The notes below the pieces were generated by a model that worked only from the letters and a program-made list of their open reading frames with translations, was not told the origin of the DNA and searched no databases. This document shows, one piece after another, positions 40,484 through 55,000 of a DNA stretch of 64,000 nucleotides (positions are counted from its first letter, which is position 1; every line of letters begins with the position of its first letter). The DNA is taken from assembly GCA_050084985.1 (NCBI GenBank), contig JBITNC010000001.1, positions 143,716,001-143,780,000 on the forward strand, written 5' to 3'. A program made the translations under genes and the position numbers. Source of the DNA: Nageia nagi. Lineage: Eukaryota; Plantae; Pinophyta.

Positions 40484-40764
40484 TGGGGTTTTATTTTTTT
40501 TATGTGGTTTTAATTTTCTAGGCTATTAGTTTTGATTTCCAAAGATAAACTAAAACCCTATATCAAGAATAGGGAAAAAAATGAACTCAAAATTCATACT
40601 TTAAAAATCACATATAAAAGTCTAAACTCTAAAAAAATGTCTGCAAATAAAGATTATGAGTTTGAAAATACCTGATGGAATTGGATAATTTGGTATTGGG
40701 ATCTTGTTGTGGGTAGGAGTTCCTCATGGCAACACCATCTAGGATGACTTGTAAAGAAATCTGG

Positions 40765-41755
40765 TATATGATTATAATTTTTATTAGAAATTGCATACAT
40801 GCCTTGAATGTGTTTGCATACATGTCTTGAATCTGACCAATGATCTATTTAATATTTTTTCATGATATATACACCCATGATTTAATATCCATTTATCATA
40901 GCATATACACCCATAATATATCAACGCATATATGCCCATAACATATCAAAGCATATACACCCATGATATATTTAACCTTAACATTTTAAAATTTTAAGTT
41001 CAACATATATGTCCGAGATATATCAACCACTATATGCCCACAATATATTCTACCTCAAAAAATTTGAAATTTTTATGCTAAGAAACCATATTTCAAGCAT
41101 ATACACCCATAATATATTGAGCCTTAAAATCTTGAAATTTTAAATTAACATATATGCCCTTGATATATCAACTACCATATATGCCCCTCATATAGTATAA
41201 AACATGAAGGTGATTTCTTAAAATATATTAAAACATGTATGCCCATAATATATTGAAATATAAAATTTTGAAATATTAAGTTTAGCATATACGCCCATTA
41301 CATCCTACACTTCAAAAAATTTGAATTTTTTTATATACAATCATATACATCGGTAGTATATCAAATCATATACACCCATAATATATTAAGCCTTAAAATA
41401 TTGAAATTTTAAGTTTAACATATATGCCTTTGATATATCAACTACTATACACCCATTGTATATTACACCTCAAAATTTTAGAATTTAATGGTTGGCATAT
41501 ATGCCCATAACATATCTAGGTCATATACGTCCATGGTATATTGGCTAAGTAGCTGAGCGGAGGAAAGGGGCTATGAAGCAAGGAGGATTTTCATATATGA
41601 CCATACTATATTTTTCCATATATGCCCAACATATAGTCTAGTGGAGTGGAGGAATTAGATAGAGGATGAAGGTGGTGAAATGCATATACACCCAACATAT
41701 ATTGTTATATAATATGGGCATATATGCTGAATTTGGAGGGAGGATAGCTTTCCCC
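40765..41755 (-). repeat. Right TIR (~1 kb)
   Basis: Inverted match to the left TIR; ends ...GGATAGCTTTCCCC. Confidence 0.9.
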
Positions 41756-42590
41756 AAATTTTATTGGGGTGATAAACACAAATTCATTAATTAGGCATAA
41801 ACTTATCCTAGTATAAATAAATTATTTTAGCATGTGGGTTGAAGAAATACCTTATAAGAATGTGAATCAAGATTTGGTGATTGAATTTCACCAAAGATTA
41901 ATCATCAAATTCATAATTCTACAAAATATTATTTTAGATAATGGCCCAATCTTCTTGGGTGAAAATTTTTCTCATTTCATTTTTGACTATAGAATTTTTT
42001 TAAAAAAATATCATTTAATTATTACACACAAAGTAATGGATTGGTTGAGTCGACAAGAAAGAATCTAATCAGAATAATTAAAAGACTTATACAAATGAAT
42101 CAAAGGAAATGGAACACAAAGTTGGATCATGCACTATAGAAAAATAGGATCAATGTAAATAATGTAATTAAAACTTCTCTCTATGCTCTAGTATATAAGA
42201 AAAGACCAATGCTACATATTCACCTAAAATTTCTCGCTATGAAGATATTGCAAGAAATGGATGATCTGACCATGGAACCACTGCAAATAAGGATGAATGA
42301 ATTTATCAAATTGGAATAAGATTAAGAATAAGCTTATCATACTTTCTAATAAAGTAGTGATTTGTTAAGAAGAAATCATATTGGGTCTCTTTCTAGGAAG
42401 GATATTTCATTCTTAATTTGGATGAGGATCATGCAAACCCTAGGAAATATGTAAAGTTTCATTCTTGTTGGAGCAGGCCATATGTGATCATGGAGGAACT
42501 AGAAAATAACACATATAAACTTAAATACCTAGCTAGGTATCAAGATCTAATGATTCCTATCAATGGGATTCATATAAATTATTACTAAGC
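41756..42590 (+). pseudogene. Integrase core and C-terminus of element 4 (continuation after the MULE)
   Basis: NFIGVIN, WVEEIP, NIILDNGPIF, YYTQSNGLVES, KTSLYALVY, WSRPYVI (GPY), IPINGIHINYY. Confidence 0.9.
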
Positions 42591-43060
42591 TATTTGAAAA
42601 TTCAAGCAATAAATAATTATAAATAAATGTATATAGAGTGTATATTTTTAATGCATTTAATGTGGTAGGTATTGTAAATAGTTCTAATCGGCTTTAATAT
42701 TCAAATGATTTGAATATTATCTCAAGATGTGAACTATACTTCCTAGTCCTTACAAATCAATATAATGGCTTTTTCATTTCGTGAGTCAATGATCCTATCC
42801 ATTTTTCATGATATGTGGCAAAAAATTAACTTAGACATGTTTTCCCATGCAACAACTAATACTTAGTTGGGTTTCCTTTTTCTTGTTACTCAATATTGCT
42901 AAAACTACCTAAATATTCTAAGAAGAGTTGTAGAGTATCATACTGAAATAATGCATTTATAAAGAAACCAAATATTGTAAAGGGGATTCTCAAAAAATAT
43001 CATGGCTCAAAAGATTATTGTACAATTACAAGAGATAGAAGCATTGCAACAAAACAAATC

Positions 43061-46000
43061 ATGAGAGAGGCATATTTGGCTAAGGTGATGGTAGAGTTGG
43101 TGAAGAAGCATAATGACTATAAGAAAGAGGCATTTGGTAATATATTTACATGGAGATATGCAAAAATAAAAAGCTTTGATACTTGGAGAAGCAACCTATA
43201 TAGGATCTTGCTCACTATAGATGATAGAATTAAAAATAAAAGGACTAAATAACATGGATCAATTTACATAGTGGAGTTAAGTTTGGCCTATTATATTTTC
43301 ATGATATTTCATGTACCTAATCTAATCATAAATATGGTGAGGAGGAAAAAGTAGTAAAGAACCTACAATAATGGTATTCAATAAATGTGAAAAAAGATAT
43401 TTGTAGATTATTCCTTTATAGGCATAGATAGAACTTTCATAGTTCCCCAACATTTGTATGAAAGGAAATTTAAAACTAATGAACCTCAAGGATAAAAAGA
43501 AAATATATGATTAATAAGAAAGTAAAGTTCTATAATTCATTAACTTTGAGTTTTTGGATCTCCAAGATAAGCTGCAATAAGAATAGGAGATGGAAAATTC
43601 GATAATTCATGGATTAGGGAGGTCATTTCTATCAATTATGTAGTACTCAATTATGAGTCAAAAATATGGGTAGAATCTATAATTATTTTAGTTATAAGAG
43701 TGATGGTGCTACATCAAATAAAATCTCAATGGTAATAATATATATCAAACCACATCTCTAGGAAATTGGACAAAGTAAAGAAAGGTGAAAACTTTAGATA
43801 CTCCTCTTTCCTTTTTTAACTAATTGTACACCAAAATTAAGAGTGGTTCTTGAATATCCCATTAGATTACCCACTTTTATTAGAAGTGTTTTAACTCAGA
43901 ATAGACATCATAAATCAAATGATGTGCCACTATAGCAGCTCATATTATGACTTTATGGAACATTTTGTAGAACTTGCCATGAGGGAACTTAGTAGGGAAG
44001 ACCTACCAAGGCTAACAAACAAATGTAAATGTAAGTTATAAGATAAAGGGAATAAGATGGGAGATTGATATTTTATGAGGATAAGAACTATGATTATCAT
44101 GTATGGCTTTCTACACATTCCTCTCATTTTTCCCAAATATGTTTCCAAGAAGCTATTTGTAGCAGAATTTGTTTTGAAATTTGATACAACTACAATGAAT
44201 TTTCAAGTCAGGGGTAGACATAGAAGTTTGAAAAAGTATCCATTACTTATGTACCATATCACTATGGATACATATGTCTAACATTTGGCTATGCATAGAT
44301 TCGTGAAGAAATAATTTCATATACAAGAGATAAACATAACATGACCCTTACGAACCACTTAGAATAAAGGCAAAATGTTGAAGGATCAGCCTAAAGGGAT
44401 CTAATTCATACATGAATTTGGGACTTATTTAGAGACATTTAGAAATTTGAATGAGAAGCAGGTATAGGAAGGCCTAGATTTTGACTTTGCTCTAACTATA
44501 GAAAGTCTTTCCTTTTTTAACTAATTGTACACCAAAATTAGGAGTGGTTCTTGAATATCCCATTAGATTACCCACTTTTATTAGAAGTGTTTTAACTCAG
44601 AATAGACATTGTAAATCAAATGATGTGCCACTATAGTAGCTCTTATTATGACTTTATGGAATATTTTGTAGAACTTGACATGAGGGAACTTAGTAGGGAA
44701 GACCTACCAAGGCTACCAAACAAATCTAAATGTATGTTATAAGATAAAGGGAATAATATGGGAGATTGATATTTTATGAGGATAAGAACTATGATTATCA
44801 TGTCTGGTTTTTTACACATTCCTCTCATTTTTCCCAAATATGCTTCCAAGAAGCTATTTGTAGTAGAATTTGCTTTGAAATTTGATACAATTGAAATGAA
44901 TTTTCAAGTTAGCGGTAGACATAGAAGTTTGAAAAAGTATCCATTAGTTGTGTTCCATATCACTATTGATACATATGTCTAACATTTGGCTATGCATAGA
45001 TTCATGAAGAAATAATTTCAATTACAAGAGATAAACATAACATGACCCTTATGACCCACTTAGAATAAGGGCAAAAATGTTGAAGGATCAGCCTAAAGGG
45101 ATCTCATTCATACATGAATTTGGGACTTATTTAGAGACATTTAGAAATTTGAATGAGAAGCAAGTAGAGGAAGGCCTAGAATGTGACTTTGCTTTAAGTA
45201 TAGAAAGTCTTTCCCTTTTTAACTAATTGTACACCAAAATTAGGAGTGGTTCTTGAATATCCCATTAGATTACCCACTTTTATTAGAAGTGTTTTAACTC
45301 AAAATAGACATCATAAATCAAATGATGTGCCACTATAGCAGCTCATATTATGACTTTATGGAATATTTTGTAGAACTTGCCATGAGGGAACTTAGTAAGG
45401 AAGACCTACCAAGGCCAACAAACAAATGTAAATGTATGTTATAAGATAAAGGGAATAAGATGGGAGATTGAAATTTTATGAGGATAAGAAATATGATTAT
45501 CATGTATGGATTTATACACATTCCTCTCATCTTTCCCAAATATGTTTCCAAGAAGCTATTTGTTCTAGAATTTGCTTTGAAATTTGATACAATTGAAATG
45601 AATTTTCAAGTCAAGGGTAGACATAGAAGTTTGACAAAGTATCCATTAGTTGTGTTCCATATCACTATGGATACATATGTCTAACATTTGGCTATGCATA
45701 GATTCGTGAAGAAATAATTTCATATACAAGAGATAAACATAACATGACCCTTACGAACCACTTAGAATAAAGGCAAAATGTTGAAGGATCAGCCTAAAGG
45801 GATCTAATTCATACATGAATTTGGGACTTATTTAGAGACATTTAGAAATTTGAATGAGAAGCAGGTATAGGAAGGCCTAGATTGTGACTTTGCTCTAACT
45901 ATAGAAAGTCTTTCCTTTTTTAACTAATTGTACACCAAAATTAGGAGTGGTTCTTGAATATCCCATTAGATTACCCACTTTTATTAGAAGTGTTTTAACT

Positions 46001-49000
46001 CAGAATAGACATTGTAAATCAAATGATGTGCCACTATAGTAGCTCTTATTATGACTTTATGGAATATTTTGTAGAACTTGACATGAGGGAACTTAGTAGG
46101 GAAGACCTACCAAGGCTACCAAACAAATCTAAATGTATGTTATAAGATAAAGGGAATAATATGGGAGATTGATATTTTATGAGGATAAGAACTATGATTA
46201 TCATGTCTGGTTTTTTACACATTCCTCTCATTTTTCCCAAATATGTTTCCAAGAAGCTATTTGTAGTAGAATTTGCTTTGAAATTTGATACAATTGAAAT
46301 GAATTTTCAAGTCAGCGGTAGACATAGAAGTTTGAAAAAGTATCCATTAGTTGTGTTCCATATCACTATTGATACATATGTCTAACATTTGGCTATGCAT
46401 AGATTCATGAAGCAATAATTTCAATTACAAGAGATAAACATAACATGACCCTTATGACCCACTTAGAATAAGGCAAAAATGTTGAAGGATCAGCCTAAAG
46501 GGATCTCATTCATACATGAATTTGGGACTTATTTAGAGACATTTAGAAATTTGAATGAGAAGCAAGTAGAGGAAGGCCTAGAATGTGACTTTGCTTTAAG
46601 TATAGAAAGTCTTTCCCTTTTTAACTAATTGTACACCAAAATTAGGAGTGGTTCTTGAATATCCCATTAGATTTTCCACTTTTATTAGAAGTGTTTTAAC
46701 TCAGAATAGACATCGTAAATCAAATGATGTGCCACTATAGCAGCTCATATTATGACTTTATGGAATATTTTGTAGAACTTGCTATGAGGGAACTTAGTAG
46801 GGAAGACCTACCAAGGCTAACAATCAAATGTAAATGTATGTTATAAGATAAAGGGAATAAGATGGGAGATTGAAATTTTATGAGGATAAGAAATATGCTT
46901 ATCATGTATGGATTTATACACATTCCTCTCATTTTTCCCAAATATGTTTCCAAGAAGCTATTTGTTCTAGAATTTGCTTTGAAATTTGATACAATTGAAA
47001 TGAATTTTCAAGTCAAGGCTAGACATAGAAGTTTGACAAAGTATCCATTAGTTGTGTTCCATATCACTATGGATACATATGTCTAACATTTGGCTATGCA
47101 TAGATTCGTGAAGAAATAATTTCAATTACAAGAGATAAACATAACATGACCCTTATGACCCACTTAAAATAAAGGCAAAAATGTTGAAGGATCAACCTAA
47201 AGGGATCTCATTCATACATGAATTTGGGACTTATTTACAGACACTTAGAAATTTGAATGAGAAGCAAGTAGAGGAAGGCCTAGATTGTGACTTTGCTCTA
47301 AGTATAGAAGTCTTTCCTTTTCTAACTAATTGTACACCAAAATTAGGAGTGGTTCTTGAATATCCCATTAGATTACCCACTTTTATTAGAAGTGTTTTAA
47401 CTCAGAATAGACATCATAAATCAAATGATGTGCCACTATAGCAGCTCATATTATGACTTTATGGAATATTTTGTAGAACTTGCCATGAGGGAACTTATTA
47501 GGGAAGACCTACCAAGGCTAACAAACAAATGTAAATGTATGTTATAAGATAAAGAGAATAAGATGGGAGATTGATATTTTATGAGGATAAGAACTATAAT
47601 TATCATGTATGGCTTTCTACATGTTCCTCTCATTTTTCTCAAATATGTTTCCAAGAAGCTATTTGTAGTAGAATTTACTTTGACATTTGATACAATTGAA
47701 ATGAATTTTCAAGTCAGGGGTAGACATAGAAGTTTGAAAAAGTATCCATTAGTTGTGTTCCATATCACTATGGATACATATGTCTAACATTTGGTTATGC
47801 ATAGATTCATGAAGAAATAATTTCAATTACAAGAGATAAACATAACATGACCCTTATGACCCACTTAGAATAAAGGCAAAAATGTTGAACGATCAGCCTA
47901 AAGGGATCTCATTCATACATGAAATTGGGACTTATTTAGAGACATTTAAAATTTGAATGAGAAGTAGGTAGATGAAGGCCTAGATTGTGACTTTGCTCTA
48001 AGAAATAGAAAGTCTTTCATTTTTTAACTAATTGTACACCAAAATTAGGAGTGGTCCATGAATATACCATTAGATTATCCACTTTTATTAGAAGTGTTTT
48101 AACTCAGAATAGACATCATAAATCAAATGATGTGCCACTATAGCAGCTCATATAATGACTTGACGTAATATTTTGTAGAACTTGCCATGAGGGAACTTAG
48201 TAGGGAAGACCTACCAAGGCTAACAAACAAATGTAAATGTATGTTATAAGATAAAGGGAATAAGATGGGAGATTGAAATTTTATGAGGATAAGAAATATG
48301 ATTATCATGTATGGATTTATACACATTCCTCTCATTTTTCCCAAATATGTTTCCAAGAAGCTATTTGTTCTAGAATTTGCTTTGAAATTTGATACAATTG
48401 AAATGAATTTTCAAGTCAAGGGTAGACATAGAAGTTTGACAAAGTATCCATTAGTTGTGTTCCATATCACTATGGATACATATGTCTAACATTTTGCTAT
48501 GCATAGATTCGTGAAGAAATAATTTCAATTAAAAGAGATAAACATAACATGACCCTTATGACCCACTTAGAATAAAGGCAAAAATGTTGAAGGATCAACC
48601 TAAAGGATCTCATTCATATATGAATTTGGGACCTATTTAGAGACATTTAGAAATTTCAATGAGAAGCAAGTATAGGAAGGCCTAGATTGTGACTTTGCTC
48701 TAAGTATAGAAAGCCTTTCCTTTTTTAACTAATTGTACACCAAAATTAGGAGTGGTTCTTGAATATCCCATTAGACTACCCATTTTTATTAGAAGTGTTT
48801 TAACTTAGAATAGACATTATAATTCAAATGGTGTGCCACTATAGCAGCTCATATGATGACTTTATGGAATATTTTGTAGAACTTGCCATGAGGGAACTTA
48901 GTAGGGAAGACCTACCAAGGCTAACAAATGAATGTAAATGTATGATATAAGATAAAGGGAATAAGATGGGAGAATGATATTTTATGAGGATAAGAACTAT

Positions 49001-52000
49001 GATTATCATGTATGGCTTTCTACACATTCCTCTCATTTTTCCCAAATATGTTCCCAAGAAGCTATTTGTAATAGAATTTGCTTTGAAATTTGATACAACT
49101 AAAATGAATTTTCAAGTCAGGGGTAGACATAGAAGTTTGAAAAAGTATCCATTAGTTATGTTCCATATCACTATGGATACATATGTCTAACATTTGCCTA
49201 TGCATAGATTCATGAAGGAATAATTTCATATACAAGAAATAAACATAACATGACCCTTACGACCCACTTAGACTAAGGGAAAAAATGTTGAAGGATCAGC
49301 CTAAAGGGATCTCATTCATACATGAATTTGGGACTTATTTAGAGACATTTAGAAATTTGAATGAGAAGCAGGTATAGGAAGGCCTAGATTGTGACTTTGC
49401 TCTAAGTATAGAAAGTCTTTCCTTTTTTAACTAATTGTACACCAAAATTAGGAGTGGTTCTTGAATATCCCATTAGATTACCCACTTTTATTACAAGTGT
49501 TTTAACTCAAAATAGACATCGTAAATCAAATGATGTGCCACTATAGCAGCTCATATAATGACTTTATGGAATATTTTGTAGAACTTGCCATGAGGGAACT
49601 TAGTAGGGAAGACCTACCAAGGATAACAAACGAATGTAAATGTATGTTATAAGATAAAGGGAATAAGATGGGAGATTGATAATTTATGAGGATAAGAACT
49701 ATGATTATCATGTATGGCTTTCTACACAGTCCTCTCATTTTTTCCAAATATGTTTCCAAGAAGCTATTTGTAGTAGAATTTGCTTTGAAATTTGATACAA
49801 TTGAAATGAATTTTCAAGTAAGGGGTAGACATAGAAGTTTGAAAAGTTTCCATTAGTTGTGTTCCATATCACTATGGATACATATGTCTAACATTTTGCT
49901 GTGCATAGATTCGTGAAGAAATAATTTCATATGCAAGAGATAAACATAACATGACCATTATGACCCACTTAGAATAAAGGCAAAAATGTTGAAGGATCAA
50001 CCTAAAGGGATCTCATTCATACATGAATTTGGGACTTATTTAGAGACATTTAGAAATTTGAATGAGAAGATAGGTAGAGAAAGGCCTAGATTGTGACTTT
50101 GCTCTAACTATAGAAAGTCTTTCCTTTTTAGCTAATTGTACACCAAAATTAGGAGTGGTTCTTGAATATCCCATTAGATTACCCACTTTTATTATAAGTG
50201 TTTTAACTCTGAATAGACATCATAAATCAAATGATGTGCCACTATAGCAGCTCATATTATGACTTTATGGAATATTTTGTAGAACTTGCAATGAGGGAAC
50301 TTAGTAGGGAAGACCTACCAAGGCTAACAAACAAATGTAAACTTATGTTATAATATAAAGGGAATAAGATGGGAGATTGATATTTTATGAGGACAAGAAC
50401 TATGACTATCATGTATGCCTTTCTACACATTCCTCTCATTTTTCCCAAATATGTTTCCAAGAAGCTAAATGTAGTACAATTTGCTTTGAAATTTGATACA
50501 ATTGAAATGAATTTTCAAGTCAGGGGTAGACATAGAAATTTGAAAAAGTATCCATTAGTTGTGTTCCATATCATTATGGATACATATGGCTAACATTTGG
50601 CTATGCATAGATTGATGAACAAATAATTTCAATTACAAGAGATAAACATAACATGACCCTTATGACCCACTTAGAATAAAGGGGAAAATATTGAAGGATC
50701 AACCTAACAGGATCTTATTCATACATGAATTTGGGGCTTATTTAGATACATTTAGAAATATGAATGAGAAGCAGGTAGAGGAAGGCCTAGAGTGTGACTT
50801 TGCTCTAAGTATTGAAAGTCTTTCCTTTTTTAAGTAACTCTACACCAAAATTAGGAGTGGTTCTTGAATATCCCATTAGATTACCCACTTTTATTAGAAG
50901 TGTTTTAACTCAGAATATACATCATAAATCAAATGATGTGCACTATAGCAGCTCATATAATGACTTTATGGAATATTTTGTAGAACTTGCCATGAGGGAA
51001 CTTAGTATGGAAGACCTACCAAGGCTAAAAAACAAATGTAAATGTATGTTATAAGATAAAGGGAATAAGATGGGAGATTCATATTTTATGGAGTATAACA
51101 ACTATGATTATCATGTATGGATTTCTACACATTCCTCTCATTTTTTCCCAAATATGTTTCCAAGAAGCTATTTGTTCTAGAATTTCCTTTGAAATTTGAT
51201 ACAATTGAAATGAATTTTCAAGTCAAGGGTAGACAAAGAAGTTTGAAAAAGTATCCATTAGTTGTGTTACATATCACTATGGATACATATGTCTAACATT
51301 TGGCTATGCATAGATTCATGAAGAAATAATTTCAATTACAAGAGATAAACATAACATGACCCTTATGACCCACTTAGAATAAAGGCAAAAATGTTGAAGG
51401 ATCTGCCTAAAGGGATCTCATTCATACATGAATTTGGGGCTTATTTGGAGACATTTAGAAATTTGAATGAGAAGTAGGTAGAGGAAGGCCTAGATAGTGA
51501 CTTTGCTCTAAGTATAGAAAGTCTTTCCTTTTTTAACTAATTGTACACCAAAATTAGGAGTGGTTCTTGAATATCCCATTAGATTACCCATTTTTATTAG
51601 AAGTCTTTTAACTAAGAATAGACATCATGTATCAAATGATATGCCACTATAGCAGCTCATAAGTGTTTTACCTAAAAATAGACATCATAAATCAATGACG
51701 GCCACTATAACAACCATATTATGACTTTATGGAATATTTTGTAGAACTTGTAAATGTATGTTATAAGATAAAGGAAATAAGATGGGAGATTGATATTTTA
51801 TGAGGATAAGAACTATGATTATTATGTATGGCTTTCTACACATTCCTCTAATTTTTCCCAAATATGTTTCCAAGAAGCTATTTGTAGTAGAATTTGCTTT
51901 GAAATTTGATACAATTGAAATGAATTTTCATGTCAGGGGTAGACATAGAAGTTTGAAAAAGTATCCATTAGTTGTGTTCCATATCACTATGGATACATAT

Positions 52001-55000
52001 GTCTAACATTTGGCTATGCATAGATTGATGAACAAATAATTTCAATTACAAGAGATAAACATAACATGACCCTTATGACCCACTTAGAATAAAGGGGAAA
52101 ATATTGAAGGATCAACCTAACAGGATCTTATTCATACATGAATTTGGGCTTATTTAGATACATTTAGAAATATGAATGAGAAGCAGGTAGAGGAAGGCCT
52201 AGAGTGTGACTTTGCTCTAAGTATTGAAAGTCTTTCCTTTTTTAAGTAACTCTACACCAAAATTAGGAGTGGTTCTTGAATATCCCATTAGATTACCCAC
52301 TTTTATTAGAAGTGTTTTAACTCAGAATATACATCATAAATCAAATGATGTGCACTATAGCAGCTCATATAATGACTTTATGGAATATTTTGTAGAACTT
52401 GCCATGAGGGAACTTAGTATGGAAGACCTACCAAGGCTAAAAAACAAATGTAAATGTATGTTATAAGATAAAGGGAATAAGATGGGAGATTCATATTTTA
52501 TGAGTATAACAACTATGATTATCATGTATGGATTTCTACACATTCCTCTCATTTTTCCCAAATATGTTTCCAAGAAGCTATTTGTTCTAGAATTTCCTTT
52601 GAAATTTGATACAATTGAAATGAATTTTCAAGTCAAGGGTAGACAAAGAAGTTTGAAAAAGTATCCATTAGTTGTGTTACATATCACTATGGATACATAT
52701 GTCTAACATTTGGCTATGCATAGATTCATGAAGAAATAATTTCAATTACAAGAGATAAACATAACATGACCCTTATGACCCACTTAGAATAAAGGCAAAA
52801 ATGTTGAAGGATCTGCCTAAAGGGATCTCATTCATACATGAATTTGGGGCTTATTTGGAGACATTTAGAAATTTGAATGAGAAGTAGGTAGAGGAAGGCC
52901 TAGATAGTGACTTTGCTCTAAGTATAGAAAGTCTTTCCTTTTTTAACTAATTGTACACCAAAATTAGGAGTGGTTCTTGAATATCCCATTAGATTACCCA
53001 TTTTTATTAGAAGTCTTTTAACTAAGAATAGACATCATGTATCAAATGATATGCCACTATAGCAGCTCATAAGTGTTTTACCTAAAAATAGACATCATAA
53101 ATCAAATGACGTGCCACTATAACAACTCATATTATGACTTTATGGAATATTTTGTAGAACTTGTAAATGTATGTTATAAGATAAAGGAAATAAGATGGGA
53201 GATTGATATTTTATGAGGATAAGAACTATGATTATTATGTATGGCTTTCTACACATTCCTCTAATTTTTCCCAAATATGTTTCCAAGAAGCTATTTGTAG
53301 TAGAATTTGCTTTGAAATTTGATACAATTGAAATGAATTTTCATGTCAGGGGTAGACATAGAAGTTTGAAAAAGTATCCATTAGTTGTGTTCCATATCAC
53401 TATGGATACATATGTCTAACATTTGGCTATGCATAGATTTGTGAAGAAATAATTTCAATTACAAGAGATAAACATAATATGACCCTTATGACCTACTTAG
53501 ATTAAAGGCAAAAATGTTGAAGGATCAGCCTAAATGGATCTCATTCATACATGAATTTGGGGCTTATTTAGAGACATTTACAAATTTGAATAAGAAGCAA
53601 GTAAAGGAAGGCCTAGATTGTGACTTTTCACTAAGTATAGAAAGTCTTTCCTTTTCTAACTAATTGTACACCAAAATTAGGAGTGGTTCTTGAATATCCC
53701 ATTAGATTACCCACTTTTATTAGAAGTGTTTTAACTCAGAATAGACATCATAAATCAAATGATGTGCCACTATAGCAGCTCATATTATGACTTTATGGAA
53801 TATTTTGTAGAACTTGCCATGAGGGAACTTATTAGGGAAGACCTACCAAGGCTAACAAACAAATGTAAATGTATGTTATAAGATAAAGGGAATAATATGG
53901 GAGATTGATATTTTATGGGGATAAGAACTATGATAATCATGTATGGCTTCCTATACACTCCTCTCATTTTTCCCAAATATGTTTCCAAGAAGCTATTTGT
54001 AGAAGAATTTTCTTTGAAATTTGATACAATTGAAATGAATTTTCAAGTCAGGGGTAGACATAGAAGTTTGAAAAAGTATCCATTAGTTGTGTTCCATATC
54101 ATTATGAATACATATGTCTAACATTTTGCTATGCATAGATTTGTGAAGAAATAATTTCAATTATAAGAGATAAACATAACATGACCATTATGACCCACTT
54201 AGAATAAAGGCAATAATGTTGAAGGATCAACCTAAAGGGATCTCATTCACACATGAATTTGGGACTTATTTAGAGACATTTAGAAATTTGAATGAGAAGC
54301 AGGTAGAGGAAGGCCTAGATTGTGATATTGCTTTAAGTATAGAAAGTTTTTCCTTTTTTAACTAATTATACACCAAAATTAGGAGTGGTTCTTGAATATC
54401 CCATTAGATTACCCACTTTTATTAGAAGTGCTTTAACTTAGAATAGACATCATAAATCAAATGATGTGCCACTATAGCAGCTCATATTATGACTTTATGG
54501 AATATTTTGTAGAACTTGCCATGAGGGAACTTAGTAGGGAAGACCTACCAAGGCTAACAAACAAATGTAAATGTTTGTTATAAGATAAAGGGAATAAGAT
54601 GGGAGATTGATATTTTATGGGGATAAGAACTATGATTATCATGTATGGCTTCCTACACATTCCTCTCAATTTTCCCAAATATGTTTCCAAGAAGCTATTT
54701 GTAGTAGAATTTGCTTTGAAATTTGATACAATTGAAATGAATTTTCAAGTTAAGGGTAGACATAAAAGTTTGAAAAAGTATCCATTAGTTGTGTTCCATA
54801 TCACTATGGATACATATGTCTAACATTTGGCTATGCATAGATTCATGAAGAAATAATTTCAATTACAAGAGATAAACATAACATGACCCTTATGACCCAC
54901 TTAGAATAAAGGGAAAAATGTTGAAGGATCTACCTAATAGGATCTCATTCATAAATGAATTTGGGGCTTATTTAGAGACACTTAGAAATATGAATGAGAA

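Larger units (their letters stand above)
31894..41755. mobile_element. Mutator-like element (non-autonomous Pack-MULE, long foldback-type TIRs), 9862 bp
   Basis: Perfect 9-bp TSD AAATTTTAT at 31885-31893 and 41756-41764; termini GGCTAAAGCTATCCTCCCTC and GGGGAAAGCTATCCTCCCTC (reverse complement); removing it restores integrase QWFLNFIGVINTNS. Confidence 0.93.
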
